The notes below the pieces were generated by a model. It did no database searches. It was not told where the DNA came from and saw nothing but the letters and a program-made list of their open reading frames with translations. DNA of 40,682 nucleotides from a virus (lineage: Duplodnaviria; Caudoviricetes): IMG/VR virus record IMGVR_UViG_3300048861_000274, positions 1-40,682 of that record; one strand, written 5' to 3'. Position numbers and translations under genes: made by a program. Positions within the stretch are counted from its first letter, which is position 1. Every line of letters starts with the position of its first letter. Below are positions 16,701 through 25,685 of this stretch, piece after piece.

Positions 16701-17315
16701 ATGGCGGACGTGACCGACGCCGCAGATGCTGTGGTCGCGGTGATCTCCGCTGCGGTCTACCCGAACGGGACCGGACAGCCGTCGGTCGGAAACTGCGATA
16801 TCATCGCCTACCAGGGCTGGCCGAACCCCCAGACGCTCGACGGCGATCTGGCGAACGGCAAGGCCCACATCAGCGTGTTCCCTCGGCCCGGCGACAAGAT
16901 CACCTCGGTGATGATGGGCGACACCGAATGGTGCGAGCACGATAACAACGGCACGACCGGCACCTCGGTTCGAGAGGTCGAGCGTGCCACGAAGCAGATG
17001 CAGATCAGCGTTTGGGCTTCGACCCCGGCGCTGCGAACCGCCATCGCCAAGCCCCTCGATCTGGCGCTGCGGCTCGCCACACGGATGACGCTCCCCGATG
17101 GCTCGCGGGCCATCATGACCTACGTCAATCAGAGCGAGCGGGATGAACGCCAGGTCGTGCAGCTTTACCGCCGCGATTTCTTCTTCGACGTGAATTATGC
17201 GGTCGTTCAGTCCGACGCGGAATTCACCATCCTCCACACCATTACGAACGTCACCGGCAGCCTCAATGGCATCGCGCCGGGGCCGACGGTCACGCGATTC
17301 AATCCAGCCACATAG
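16701..17315 (+). CDS. Tail terminator/completion-like protein
   Basis: Position before sheath; GWP, MQISVWA, LYRRDFFFDVNY. Confidence 0.65.
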   Translation: MADVTDAADAVVAVISAAVYPNGTGQPSVGNCDIIAYQGWPNPQTLDGDLANGKAHISVFPRPGDKITSVMMGDTEWCEHDNNGTTGTSVREVERATKQMQISVWASTPALRTAIAKPLDLALRLATRMTLPDGSRAIMTYVNQSERDERQVVQLYRRDFFFDVNYAVVQSDAEFTILHTITNVTGSLNGIAPGPTVTRFNPAT

Positions 17316-17324
17316 GACCAGCCA

Positions 17325-17486
17325 ATGCTTCGGGTCACCATGGCGTTCGGCGGTCACTCCGTCGGCGACGAGATCACTGACACTGCGGAGATCGCAGCCG
17401 TGCTCGACAGCGAGCAGGCGCACTTCGTCGTCGCCGTTTCCTCTCCGGCTGAGCCGGCCCCCTCCGACAGCGCCTCCAAGGAGTAA
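17325..17486 (+). CDS. 53-aa hypothetical protein (not in ORF track)
   Basis: AGGA RBS; MLRVTMAFGGHSVGDEITD...; fills the gap and carries the sheath RBS. Confidence 0.65.
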   Translation: MLRVTMAFGGHSVGDEITDTAEIAAVLDSEQAHFVVAVSSPAEPAPSDSASKE

Positions 17487-17491
17487 CGCCG

Positions 17492-19033
17492 ATGCCTGTT
17501 GTCCAGCAGGGCGCGATCAATACCAACGCGCTCTACGTCCCTGACGTTTACGTCCAGATCGTCCCGCCGCAGCAGACGCTGATTAACGGACTGCCGACCA
17601 ACATCCTCGGCATCGTCGGCACCGCCCAGTGGGGACCGGTGAACGCGCCGACGATCGTGGGCAGCCTGGCGGACGGGATCAGCAAGTTCGGCAACGTGCA
17701 GGCGCGCAAGTATGACCTGACGACCGCGATCTGGGCTGCGGTACTGAACGGCGCCAACAACATCCGCGCCGTTCGCGTCACCGATGGCACCGATGTGGCG
17801 GCCTCTGGTGTGATCGGTACGACCGGCGTCACGCTGACGGCCTTCTACACCGGCTCGCTCGGCAATAAGCTCATCGCCACGATCGCAACCGGCTCGGCCG
17901 CCAACAGCTGGAAGGTCACCGTTGCGCTGCCGGGCCTCGTGCCCGAGGTGTTCGACAATCTCGCGGTCGGGCTCACCGGCAATGCTGTGTGGGTGGCAAT
18001 CGCCGCGGCCATTAACTCCGGCATCTCCGGCCTCCGCGGTCCGTCGCAGCTTGTGGTTGCGACCGCCGGCGCCAGCACGACCGCTCCAACGGCCGGCTCC
18101 GTCACGCTCAGCGGCGGCACGGATGGCGCCACGACGATCACGGGCACCGTGCTCATCGGTCAGGACACGCTGCCCCGCAAGGGCATGTATGCGCTGCGCT
18201 CGACCGGCGTCTCGGTCGCGATGCTCGCCGACTGCGACGACAGCACGACCTGGACGGCTCAGGCGGCCTTCTCGCTGTCCGAGGGCGTCTACATGGTCGG
18301 CACTGGCCCGGCGGGCGACACCATCGCCAACGCCGTCTCGGCAAAGGCGACCGCCGGCATCGACTGCTACGGGTTCAAGCTGCTGTTCGGCGACTGGATC
18401 TATTTCAGCGACACCGTCAACAACGTCACCCGCCTGATCTCGCCGCAGGGCTTCATGGCCGGCCTTCTCTCGGCCCTGTCGCCGGAGCAGTCGAGCCTGA
18501 ACAAGCCCATGTTCGGCATCATCGGCACCCAGAAGTCCTACCAGAACTTGACCTACAGTTCGGCGGACCTTCAGGCGCTGGCACAGGCCGGCATCGACGT
18601 CATCACCAACCCGATCCCGGCCGGCGCCTCCTTCGGTGGGCGGATCGGCTGCAACTCCTCGTCGAACGCGGTCATCAACGGCGACAATTACACCCGCCTG
18701 ACCAACTTCATCGCATACACGCTGAACGCGGGCATGGGCATCTATGTCGGCCAGCTTCAGAGCGCTGGCGTGCGGCAGAACGCGATGGGTACGCTCAACG
18801 CCTTCCTGTCGAACCTTTGGCAGCAGGGCCAGATCGGCAACGTCAACAGCCCGCAGGCGCAGCCGTTCTCGGTGCAGATGAACGCCGCGAACAACCCTCC
18901 GTCGCGCGTGGCCCTCGGTTATCTCCAGGCCGACATTCTCGTCACCTATCAGTCGATCATCACGAAGCTGCTGATCAACGTCCAGGGCGGCCAGTCCGTC
19001 ACGGTCACCGTCGCTTCGTCGACGCCGCAGTAA
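17492..19033 (+). CDS. Tail sheath protein
   Basis: PDVYVQIV, GIVGTAQWGPVNAP, LSGGTDG, NNPPSRVALGYLQAD. Confidence 0.93.
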   Translation: MPVVQQGAINTNALYVPDVYVQIVPPQQTLINGLPTNILGIVGTAQWGPVNAPTIVGSLADGISKFGNVQARKYDLTTAIWAAVLNGANNIRAVRVTDGTDVAASGVIGTTGVTLTAFYTGSLGNKLIATIATGSAANSWKVTVALPGLVPEVFDNLAVGLTGNAVWVAIAAAINSGISGLRGPSQLVVATAGASTTAPTAGSVTLSGGTDGATTITGTVLIGQDTLPRKGMYALRSTGVSVAMLADCDDSTTWTAQAAFSLSEGVYMVGTGPAGDTIANAVSAKATAGIDCYGFKLLFGDWIYFSDTVNNVTRLISPQGFMAGLLSALSPEQSSLNKPMFGIIGTQKSYQNLTYSSADLQALAQAGIDVITNPIPAGASFGGRIGCNSSSNAVINGDNYTRLTNFIAYTLNAGMGIYVGQLQSAGVRQNAMGTLNAFLSNLWQQGQIGNVNSPQAQPFSVQMNAANNPPSRVALGYLQADILVTYQSIITKLLINVQGGQSVTVTVASSTPQ

Positions 19034-19055
19034 TCCCCTCCAGGAGCCGCATCCA

Positions 19056-19490
19056 ATGTCTCAGCAAGGCTATTCGATTGGCCGCGACGTAACCCTGACG
19101 GTGATTTTGCCCGACGGTACGACGCTGCCGCTCAGCAAGGTGACGGGCTTCACTGCGAAGCCGGACACGACCACGCAGAAGATCAAGCCTCTCAATGGCA
19201 AGATCGACAACCTGCGCTTCATCGAAGGATGGTCGGGCTCGTTCAGCATGGAGCGCCGTGGCGCTACCATAGACCAGTATTTCGCCCAGCTGGAGGACAA
19301 CTATTACGGCGGTCTCGATGAGCCGCCGGCGATCCTCCAGCAGACCATCCAGGAGCCCGATGGCTCGATCTCGCAGTTCCGCTTCGAGCGGTTGATCCTC
19401 AACTACGACGATGCCGGCGATTGGGCGGCTGACAAGAGCGTCAGCCAGAAGATCAGCTTCATGGCCGGCCGTCGTGTGCGTCAGGCTTGA
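19056..19490 (+). CDS. Tail tube protein
   Basis: 144 aa directly after sheath; GWSGSFSMER. Confidence 0.85.
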   Translation: MSQQGYSIGRDVTLTVILPDGTTLPLSKVTGFTAKPDTTTQKIKPLNGKIDNLRFIEGWSGSFSMERRGATIDQYFAQLEDNYYGGLDEPPAILQQTIQEPDGSISQFRFERLILNYDDAGDWAADKSVSQKISFMAGRRVRQA

Positions 19491-19903
19491 ACATGACTGA
19501 TACGCCAGAAACGCTCGCCGTCGGCGGTGCTACCGTCACCCTGAACCCATCGCCGGTCGATGCTCCGAGCGTTCAGGTCGCTCGCGCCGGCGCCAAATCG
19601 ATCGATGTTTCGGACGTCAACGGCCGCGTGATCACGCTGAAGAAGCCCAGCCCGCTCGCGAGCCTCGACTTCACGAAGGCCGCCGGTGCTGCTGGTATGA
19701 ACCAGCTTTATCTGGCGGAAGTCGCCCACCTGAAGTTTGTTGCCGCGATCGACGGCACCCCCGTCGCTACCCCGACGACCGACAGCGAATTGCGCGCTCT
19801 CTATGTCCGTCTCGGGGATGAGGGCAACGAAGCGGCGCAGATCGGCGTATACGAGAACTTCGTCACGCCCGAGGACAACCGGGAAGCGGTAAAAAACTCC
19901 TGA
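19487..19903 (+). CDS. Tail assembly chaperone (gpG-like)
   Basis: After tube; DVNGRVITLKKP; ends in slippery A-AAA-AAC. Confidence 0.82.
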   Translation: MNMTDTPETLAVGGATVTLNPSPVDAPSVQVARAGAKSIDVSDVNGRVITLKKPSPLASLDFTKAAGAAGMNQLYLAEVAHLKFVAAIDGTPVATPTTDSELRALYVRLGDEGNEAAQIGVYENFVTPEDNREAVKNS

Positions 19904-20073
19904 GGGACGCCGACCTTCGCGAGTGCTTCTGGCTCGTGAAGAATGGCGTCCCGTTCGATACCGCCTTCGCCATGGACGAGAACATGAGGTCCGCAGCCGC
20001 GATCATGTTCTCCGAGATGGAGGGCGCCAAGTTCAACGTCGAGGCTTTCGCCTTTGAAGAGCGGGAAGGGTAG
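19897..20073 (+). CDS. -1 frameshift extension of the tail chaperone (gpGT-like)
   Basis: -1 frame open from the slippery heptamer at 19891-19897 to TAG 20073: LLRDADLRECFWLVKNGVPFDTAF... Confidence 0.8.
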   Translation, partial: LLRDADLRECFWLVKNGVPFDTAFAMDENMRSAAAIMFSEMEGAKFNVEAFAFEEREG

Positions 20074-20076
20074 GGC

Positions 20077-20565
20077 ATGGACCTCTCACTCTTCGACATG
20101 GTCGAGAAGCTGGTTCTCGCCGAGGCCGCAATCCATCGGAACGCTCATTCGGCGCTAGAGCGCGTGGCGCAGCGGGTCGAGGCGACGGCGAAGTCGGAGT
20201 TTGGCGTCTATCAGCCAGCGGTGGGGCCGTTCCAGGAATGGCCCGAACTGGCGGAGTCGACGCAGGAGGAGCGAGAGCGGCTGGGCTATACGCCTAACGA
20301 CCCGCTGCTCCGTGACGGCACGCTGCGCGACAGCATCGAACATCGCGTCGAGGATTTAGAAGCTCAAATCGGCTCCAACAGCGACATCATGGTCTATCAG
20401 GAGTTCGGCACCAGCCGCATTCCGCCGCGCCCCGTCCTGGGGCCGGCGGCCGAGCGGAACCACGATGTGATCTTGAAGGAACTCGGCGGCGCGGTTGTCG
20501 CCGGCCTCATCGGAGAAAATCTGGTCCACGCCAGCCTTGGCTACGATCAGGTTGTGAAGTCCTAG
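20077..20565 (+). CDS. Virion morphogenesis/neck protein (HK97 gp10-like)
   Basis: PLLRDGTLRDSI, YQEFGTSRIPPRPVLGPA. Confidence 0.85.
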   Translation: MDLSLFDMVEKLVLAEAAIHRNAHSALERVAQRVEATAKSEFGVYQPAVGPFQEWPELAESTQEERERLGYTPNDPLLRDGTLRDSIEHRVEDLEAQIGSNSDIMVYQEFGTSRIPPRPVLGPAAERNHDVILKELGGAVVAGLIGENLVHASLGYDQVVKS

Positions 20566-20792
20566 CCGAACCAGGTCGAGACGATCACGCCGATCAGGAA
20601 AATACTCACGACCAGCCCGCCAAGGCCGATCAAGAGCACGAATACGCCGACCATGGCGAGAAGCGCGGCATCCCATGCCCCAAGCGCTGGCCGTTCGGCC
20701 ACTACTGTCCGACGATAGAGCGACGGCCTGTCAAAGGCCGGGTGCCTATCTGCCAGCCATAGCTGGATCTTGCGGGAGATCTTCATGAGCAT
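20562..20792 (-). CDS. Small antisense membrane protein inside the tail operon
   Basis: Fills a ~220-bp gap with no + strand ORF; long hydrophobic C-terminus; start uncertain. Confidence 0.6.
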   Translation of the reverse strand: MLMKISRKIQLWLADRHPAFDRPSLYRRTVVAERPALGAWDAALLAMVGVFVLLIGLGGLVVSIFLIGVIVSTWFG

Positions 20793-22566
20793 CGACGCTT
20801 ATAAAGTCGCCGTGCGGATCTCGCTAGTCGAGAACGTCACGCGCGGCCTCGCGATGATGTCCCGCCATTTCAAGGCGACGGATGCCGACGCGAAGGTGCT
20901 CGAATCCCGGCTGAAGTCTATCGGCAAGATGGCAATGGTGGGCGGCGCGCTCGCCGGTGCAGGTTTCGCGGGCCTGCGGATGCTGCAAGGCCCACTCGAC
21001 GAGGCGAAGAAGTATCAGGAGGAGATGGCGCGCTTCGCGTCACTGGGTTTCGGCGCGAAGGTCAACGCGCAAGCCGACGCCTATGCGCGCGGTATGCAAA
21101 CGATCGGGACCAGCACCCGCGACAATATGACGCTGGTCTCGGACGCCATGGCGGTGTTCAAGAACCTGGACCACGCCAAAATGGCCGCTCCGATCATGGC
21201 GCGGATGAAGTTCGCCAATGAGGCACTGTTCGGCGATGCCGGCAAGGCTAGCGACGCGAAGTTCATGGACCTGCTCAAGGTCATCGAGTTTCGTGGCGGC
21301 CTTTCGTCGGATGCGGAGTTCGCAAGGCAGGCCAATTTCGCGCAGAAGGTCATCTCCGGCAGCCGAGGCCGGGTCGATGCGACCGCGATGCTTCAGGCAC
21401 TCAAGACCGGCGGCGTCGCGCTCTCTCGCCGCGACAACGGCGCCTTCTATCTCGGTAGCGAGCCGCTGATCCAGGAGTTCGGCGGTTCCCGATATGGCAC
21501 AGCCGCCATGTCGATCTATCAGAACCTCGTGCAGTCGCGCGGTACAGTGACGGCGCAGCAGGAGCTTTATCGACTCGGCCTCCTCGACGCTTCGAAGGTC
21601 CAGTTCAACAAGCTCGGCCAGCTGAAGAAGGCGCTGCCCGGCGCGTTCGTCGGCTCCAGCATCCTCGAAAATCAGGGCGAGTTGGCACTGCTCCAGCAGG
21701 TGCTGCTACCGGCGTTCGCGAAGGCCGGGATCACGAACCCCGAGATGATCACCCGTGAGTTCGGGATGATCCTCGGGAACAGGACCGGCTCCGGCCTGAT
21801 GGCGCGTATCTTCCAGCAGCAGCCGAGCTTGCAGCGGCAGATCGCGGCCAACCGGAACGCCTATGGCATTAACGAGATGAGCAATGCCGCGGCGAACACC
21901 GCGCGCGGCAAGGAGATCGACCTCGAAAAGAAGGAAGCGAACCTCAAGCTCCTGATCGGTCAACAGATCCTGCCGATCTACGTGCGTGGGTTGGAGATGA
22001 CGGCAAAGGCCCTTGGGCTGCTGATCAGCGTCGGGAGCAAGCATCCGATCCTGACGAAGCTCGCGGTTGGCGCCTTTGTTGCCGTGTCGGCCATGGCCGC
22101 CCTCGGCGGCTCCCTGCTTCTGGTCACCGCGGGTTTTCGCGCGATCGGGCTCGCCCTGACGATCATTCGCTTGCCGGCGCTACTGCCTCTCGTGTCAACG
22201 GGTTTCACCCTCATCGGCGGTGCGATCGCAGCCATCGGCTTGCCCATCACTCTGACCGTTGCGGCCTTGGCTGGCCTCGGCGCGGCGATCTACGGCATCT
22301 ACACGCACTGGAATCAGATCAAGCACTTCTTCGGCTTCGGCGACAGTCCGTCGCCGTCATCGAGCGGTGTGCCCGGCGGCACCGTGCGGCCCAGCCACAC
22401 GCTGAGCCGCCAGGGCGGCGACGTTTTTCTGGACGGTAAGAAGGTGGGTAAGGTGATGGCGCCCTACCTGCTCAGCAATGCGGCCAAAGGCGGCGCCGGC
22501 CCGAACGGCGGTAGCACCGGTTTCAACCCGGCCTTGGCACCCCTGCGGCCGGCGACTGCTCGATGA
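20785..22566 (+). CDS. Tape measure protein (593 aa)
   Basis: AYKVAVRISL start, Ala/Gly-rich helices, hydrophobic segments, YTHWNQIK, DVFLDGKKVG. Confidence 0.88.
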   Translation: MSIDAYKVAVRISLVENVTRGLAMMSRHFKATDADAKVLESRLKSIGKMAMVGGALAGAGFAGLRMLQGPLDEAKKYQEEMARFASLGFGAKVNAQADAYARGMQTIGTSTRDNMTLVSDAMAVFKNLDHAKMAAPIMARMKFANEALFGDAGKASDAKFMDLLKVIEFRGGLSSDAEFARQANFAQKVISGSRGRVDATAMLQALKTGGVALSRRDNGAFYLGSEPLIQEFGGSRYGTAAMSIYQNLVQSRGTVTAQQELYRLGLLDASKVQFNKLGQLKKALPGAFVGSSILENQGELALLQQVLLPAFAKAGITNPEMITREFGMILGNRTGSGLMARIFQQQPSLQRQIAANRNAYGINEMSNAAANTARGKEIDLEKKEANLKLLIGQQILPIYVRGLEMTAKALGLLISVGSKHPILTKLAVGAFVAVSAMAALGGSLLLVTAGFRAIGLALTIIRLPALLPLVSTGFTLIGGAIAAIGLPITLTVAALAGLGAAIYGIYTHWNQIKHFFGFGDSPSPSSSGVPGGTVRPSHTLSRQGGDVFLDGKKVGKVMAPYLLSNAAKGGAGPNGGSTGFNPALAPLRPATAR

Positions 22567-23519
22567 GCGATGTCGTCGTCACGCTGGGCGATTTCCAGTT
22601 CAACCGGTTCGAGGTTCCGGAGCAGATTGGCTTCGGTGGCGACCAGTCCCTCGTCGTGCACCGTCTCGTGGGCGGCAAGCGCGTCGTGGACGCCATGGGC
22701 GAGGATCCACGGGCACTGGAGTGGTCGGGATGGTTCGTCGGGTCCAGCGGGCTCGACAGGGCGCTCTACCTCGATGGGCTGCGTAAGGCCGGCAAGCCGC
22801 TGGTGCTGACTTGGAGCGAGCTGCGCTACACCGTCGTCATCCATTCCTTCCAGTGTGAGTTTGTCCGGGCCTATCGGCTGCCGTACCGGATCACCTGCGA
22901 GGTCGTCAGCGACGACACCGCGCCGATCACGGAGATCACCCAGCCGAGCCCGGACCAGCTTGTCGACGACGACATGACGGATGCGGGGACGCTGGTTGAT
23001 ACGATCGATGATCCGACGCTCTCGCCGCTGATGGCCACGCTGGTGACGGCACTGGCGACCGTGGGCACGCTCTCGACGGCATCGCCGAGTGCACTGAACA
23101 CCATCCTGCTGCCTCTGGCGGCCGTGCGGACCCAGGTCGGCACGATGCTGACCGCCTCGGACGCGACACTGGCTGGCGTCTCTATGCCAGGCGGGATCGT
23201 GGCTGGCGGCACTCCGGCGCAGCAAGTCGTGGTGCTCGCCAACCAGATCAGCGTCATGCAGCAGGAGCCGAACCTGATCCTGCTCGATCGCACGTTGGGT
23301 CGGGTCTCGGCCAACATCGCCGCGATCAACACCGGCACGTCGTCGGTCACGCTCGCCGGCGGCAACCTCTATGCTGTGGCCTCGGAGCAATATGGCGACC
23401 CGATGGGCTGGACCGCGCTGGCGATCGCCAACAAGCTGACCGACCCCGAACTGTCCGGCGTGCAGACGCTCAACGTCCCGCCATTCTCAAACAATACCAA
23501 CGGCATCCTGAATGGCTGA
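22563..23519 (+). CDS. Tail tube initiator/hub protein with C-terminal LysM-like domain
   Basis: LGDFQF..FEVPE N-terminus; NLYAVASEQYGDPMGWTALAIANKL...LNVP. Confidence 0.82.
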   Translation: MSDVVVTLGDFQFNRFEVPEQIGFGGDQSLVVHRLVGGKRVVDAMGEDPRALEWSGWFVGSSGLDRALYLDGLRKAGKPLVLTWSELRYTVVIHSFQCEFVRAYRLPYRITCEVVSDDTAPITEITQPSPDQLVDDDMTDAGTLVDTIDDPTLSPLMATLVTALATVGTLSTASPSALNTILLPLAAVRTQVGTMLTASDATLAGVSMPGGIVAGGTPAQQVVVLANQISVMQQEPNLILLDRTLGRVSANIAAINTGTSSVTLAGGNLYAVASEQYGDPMGWTALAIANKLTDPELSGVQTLNVPPFSNNTNGILNG

Positions 23520-23628
23520 TCGGCCGGTCCCGCCGCCCATGCGTATCCGATGCAGCCCATGCGGCCGCATTTGGGAAAGGGGCGAGGTGAGCCCATGCCT
23601 CATGTGTAGGTTGTTGCGTCGTGGCTGA
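23512..23628 (+). CDS. 38-aa CxxC-CxxC zinc-ribbon microprotein (not in ORF track)
   Basis: MADRPVPPPMRIRCSPCGRIWERGEVSPCLMCRLLRRG; 8-bp overlaps with both neighbours. Confidence 0.5.
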   Translation: MADRPVPPPMRIRCSPCGRIWERGEVSPCLMCRLLRRG

Positions 23629-24751
23629 CCTGAACACGCTGCCGGTCGTGCCGACGGTCCGGCAGCCACGCGGTGCCGTGAAACTCAACGGCACGATCGT
23701 CGTCGGCTGGGAAACGTGGGAGGTCGACAACAACCGCTATCAGGCGGCTGATACTTTCCGGGTCACGTTCCCGATGGCGTCGCTCCCGGCCGGCTTCGGC
23801 ATTGACTGGTTCGCGTCGCAGGCCAGCATCATGGTCGAGATCTTCGGCAACGAGGCGCCGGCCGATCCATCCAACTATGCGCCGGCGGCATCTGATAGCC
23901 AGATCCTCGGCCAGACCGACCACATCGCGATCGACATGAACGCCCGCGAGATTGAACTTTCGGGCCGCGACCTGACCGCCAAGCTGATCGATACCAAGAC
24001 CTCGGAAAATCACCAGAACGCCACGTCCAGCCAGGTCGCTACGATCCTCGCCACGCGCGAGGGGCTGACACCGGTTGTGACGGCGACGACCACGCGGATT
24101 GGCCAGTATTACGAGATCGATCATACTGATTTGAGCCAGCAGCGTTCCGAATGGGATCTCCTGACGAAGCTGGCGGAATATGAGGGCTTCGACGTCTTCG
24201 TGGTCGGCAAGGAGCTGCATTTCGGGCCGAAAACGCAGGACACCGGCAGCCGCTACGCGATCGTCTGGACCGAACCGACCGACGACTCGCCTTACCCGAC
24301 CGCGAACGCGACGACGCTCTCCTTCTCCCGCGACCTGACCATCGCGAAGGGTGTCAGCGTCGAAGTCCGGTCCTGGAACGCCAAGCAGAAGAAGGCTTTC
24401 ACCGCAGCGTGGCCGAAGAACGTCCGCTCAACCCGGCCGGGGCAGGCGAGCAACAACAACCTGACCTACCACTTCACCATCCCGGGGCTGACGCAGGATC
24501 AGGCCAGCCTACGGGCGCAGCAACTCTACAACCAGATCGTGCAGCACATGATCTCGATGGAGGCCAGCATGCCGGCCGATCGGATCCTGAATTGCAGCAT
24601 CGCGCTTCAGGTTCGCGGCACAGGCACGGCGCTTGATCAGGTCTATTACCCGGACTCGGTCAAGCGCTCGATGTCCGTCTCGGAGGGGTATCGCATGACC
24701 GTCTCCGCAAAGAACGTGAGCCAGGACATCGAGGCGGCCGACCAGTCGTGA
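23621..24751 (+). CDS. Baseplate hub (gpD/Mu gp44-like)
   Basis: ADTFRVT, ELSGRDLT, SEWDLLTKLAEYEGF, VEVRSWN. Confidence 0.88.
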   Translation: MADLNTLPVVPTVRQPRGAVKLNGTIVVGWETWEVDNNRYQAADTFRVTFPMASLPAGFGIDWFASQASIMVEIFGNEAPADPSNYAPAASDSQILGQTDHIAIDMNAREIELSGRDLTAKLIDTKTSENHQNATSSQVATILATREGLTPVVTATTTRIGQYYEIDHTDLSQQRSEWDLLTKLAEYEGFDVFVVGKELHFGPKTQDTGSRYAIVWTEPTDDSPYPTANATTLSFSRDLTIAKGVSVEVRSWNAKQKKAFTAAWPKNVRSTRPGQASNNNLTYHFTIPGLTQDQASLRAQQLYNQIVQHMISMEASMPADRILNCSIALQVRGTGTALDQVYYPDSVKRSMSVSEGYRMTVSAKNVSQDIEAADQS

Positions 24752-25299
24752 GCGAGGCATTCTGGAACGCGGTTCGGAAGGCCTCTTCCGAAGCCGGATC
24801 GTCGCGCGCGGTCACCCGGCACGGAACGATCCAGAGCTATGACCCTGACGCCTATGCTGTGAAGGCCATGCTTCAGCCGGACGGCACGCTGACCGGCTGG
24901 ATCCCGCTCAAGGCAGTCTGGGCTGGCAACGGCTGGGGCGCCTTCTTCGCGCCTGCGATCGGCACAGCAGTCGAGGTTGATTTTCAAGAGGCCGACGGGG
25001 GCGTTGGAAGCGCTGGGCTATCGTTTTTCAACGATGTCGAGCGGCCCCTGTCGGTTCCGGCCGGCGAGTTCTGGCTGGTCCATGAAAAGGGCGCGTCGAT
25101 CAAGCTGACGAACGACGGCGCGCTGGCGCTAGCGGACGGGCAGGGGGCAACGATCGCGATGCCCGGCGACGGCACCATCCAGAGCGCCGGCAACTGGGCG
25201 CACACCGGCACCTTCAGCGCGAACGGCATCGGCCTGACGACGCACCATCACACGCTAGTCCAGCCGGGCAGCGGCAACTCGGGAGGCCCAGCTGCATGA
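24748..25299 (+). CDS. Baseplate spike (gpV/Mu gp45-like)
   Basis: OB-fold TGWIP...P.IG..V.V.F, beta-repeat tail, C-terminal THHH iron-binding motif. Confidence 0.92.
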   Translation: MSEAFWNAVRKASSEAGSSRAVTRHGTIQSYDPDAYAVKAMLQPDGTLTGWIPLKAVWAGNGWGAFFAPAIGTAVEVDFQEADGGVGSAGLSFFNDVERPLSVPAGEFWLVHEKGASIKLTNDGALALADGQGATIAMPGDGTIQSAGNWAHTGTFSANGIGLTTHHHTLVQPGSGNSGGPAA

Positions 25300-25682
25300 C
25301 GACGCTGGCGGACCTCTACAACTACATAGGCGGCGATCTGGCGACGTCCGGCACCGGCGACCTTCAGACCGTCACGGACACGCTGCGCGGCCAGCAGCGC
25401 GTGCTGCGCCGGCTCCTGACCAACCCCGGCGATTACATTTTCCACCCGACCTACGGCGCTGGCCTCCCGAGCTATGTCGGCCGTGTCGCCAACATCGCCG
25501 AGATCACCGCGCTGGTCCGGGGGCAGATGCTCCTGGAGGACGCCGTGGCCAAGAGCCCGGCGCCGTCCATCGCCGTCGCTCCGATCCCGAGCCCAGCCGG
25601 CGGCGGGTTCTCGGTCACCATCCAATACACCGACGCGCCGACCGGTCAGCCGGTCACGCTGTCGTTCGATGTGAGTAAGTGA
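25296..25682 (+). CDS. Baseplate wedge (gpW/gp25/gp46-like)
   Basis: RRLLTNPGDYIFHPTYGAGL. Confidence 0.88.
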   Translation: MTTLADLYNYIGGDLATSGTGDLQTVTDTLRGQQRVLRRLLTNPGDYIFHPTYGAGLPSYVGRVANIAEITALVRGQMLLEDAVAKSPAPSIAVAPIPSPAGGGFSVTIQYTDAPTGQPVTLSFDVSK

Positions 25683-25685
25683 TCG

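Noticed and set aside
12717-22566. Gene transfer agent or tailocin rather than phage
   Set aside because: Full head and packaging genes, a contractile tail, an early accessory operon, a tRNA and morons fit a genuine temperate phage
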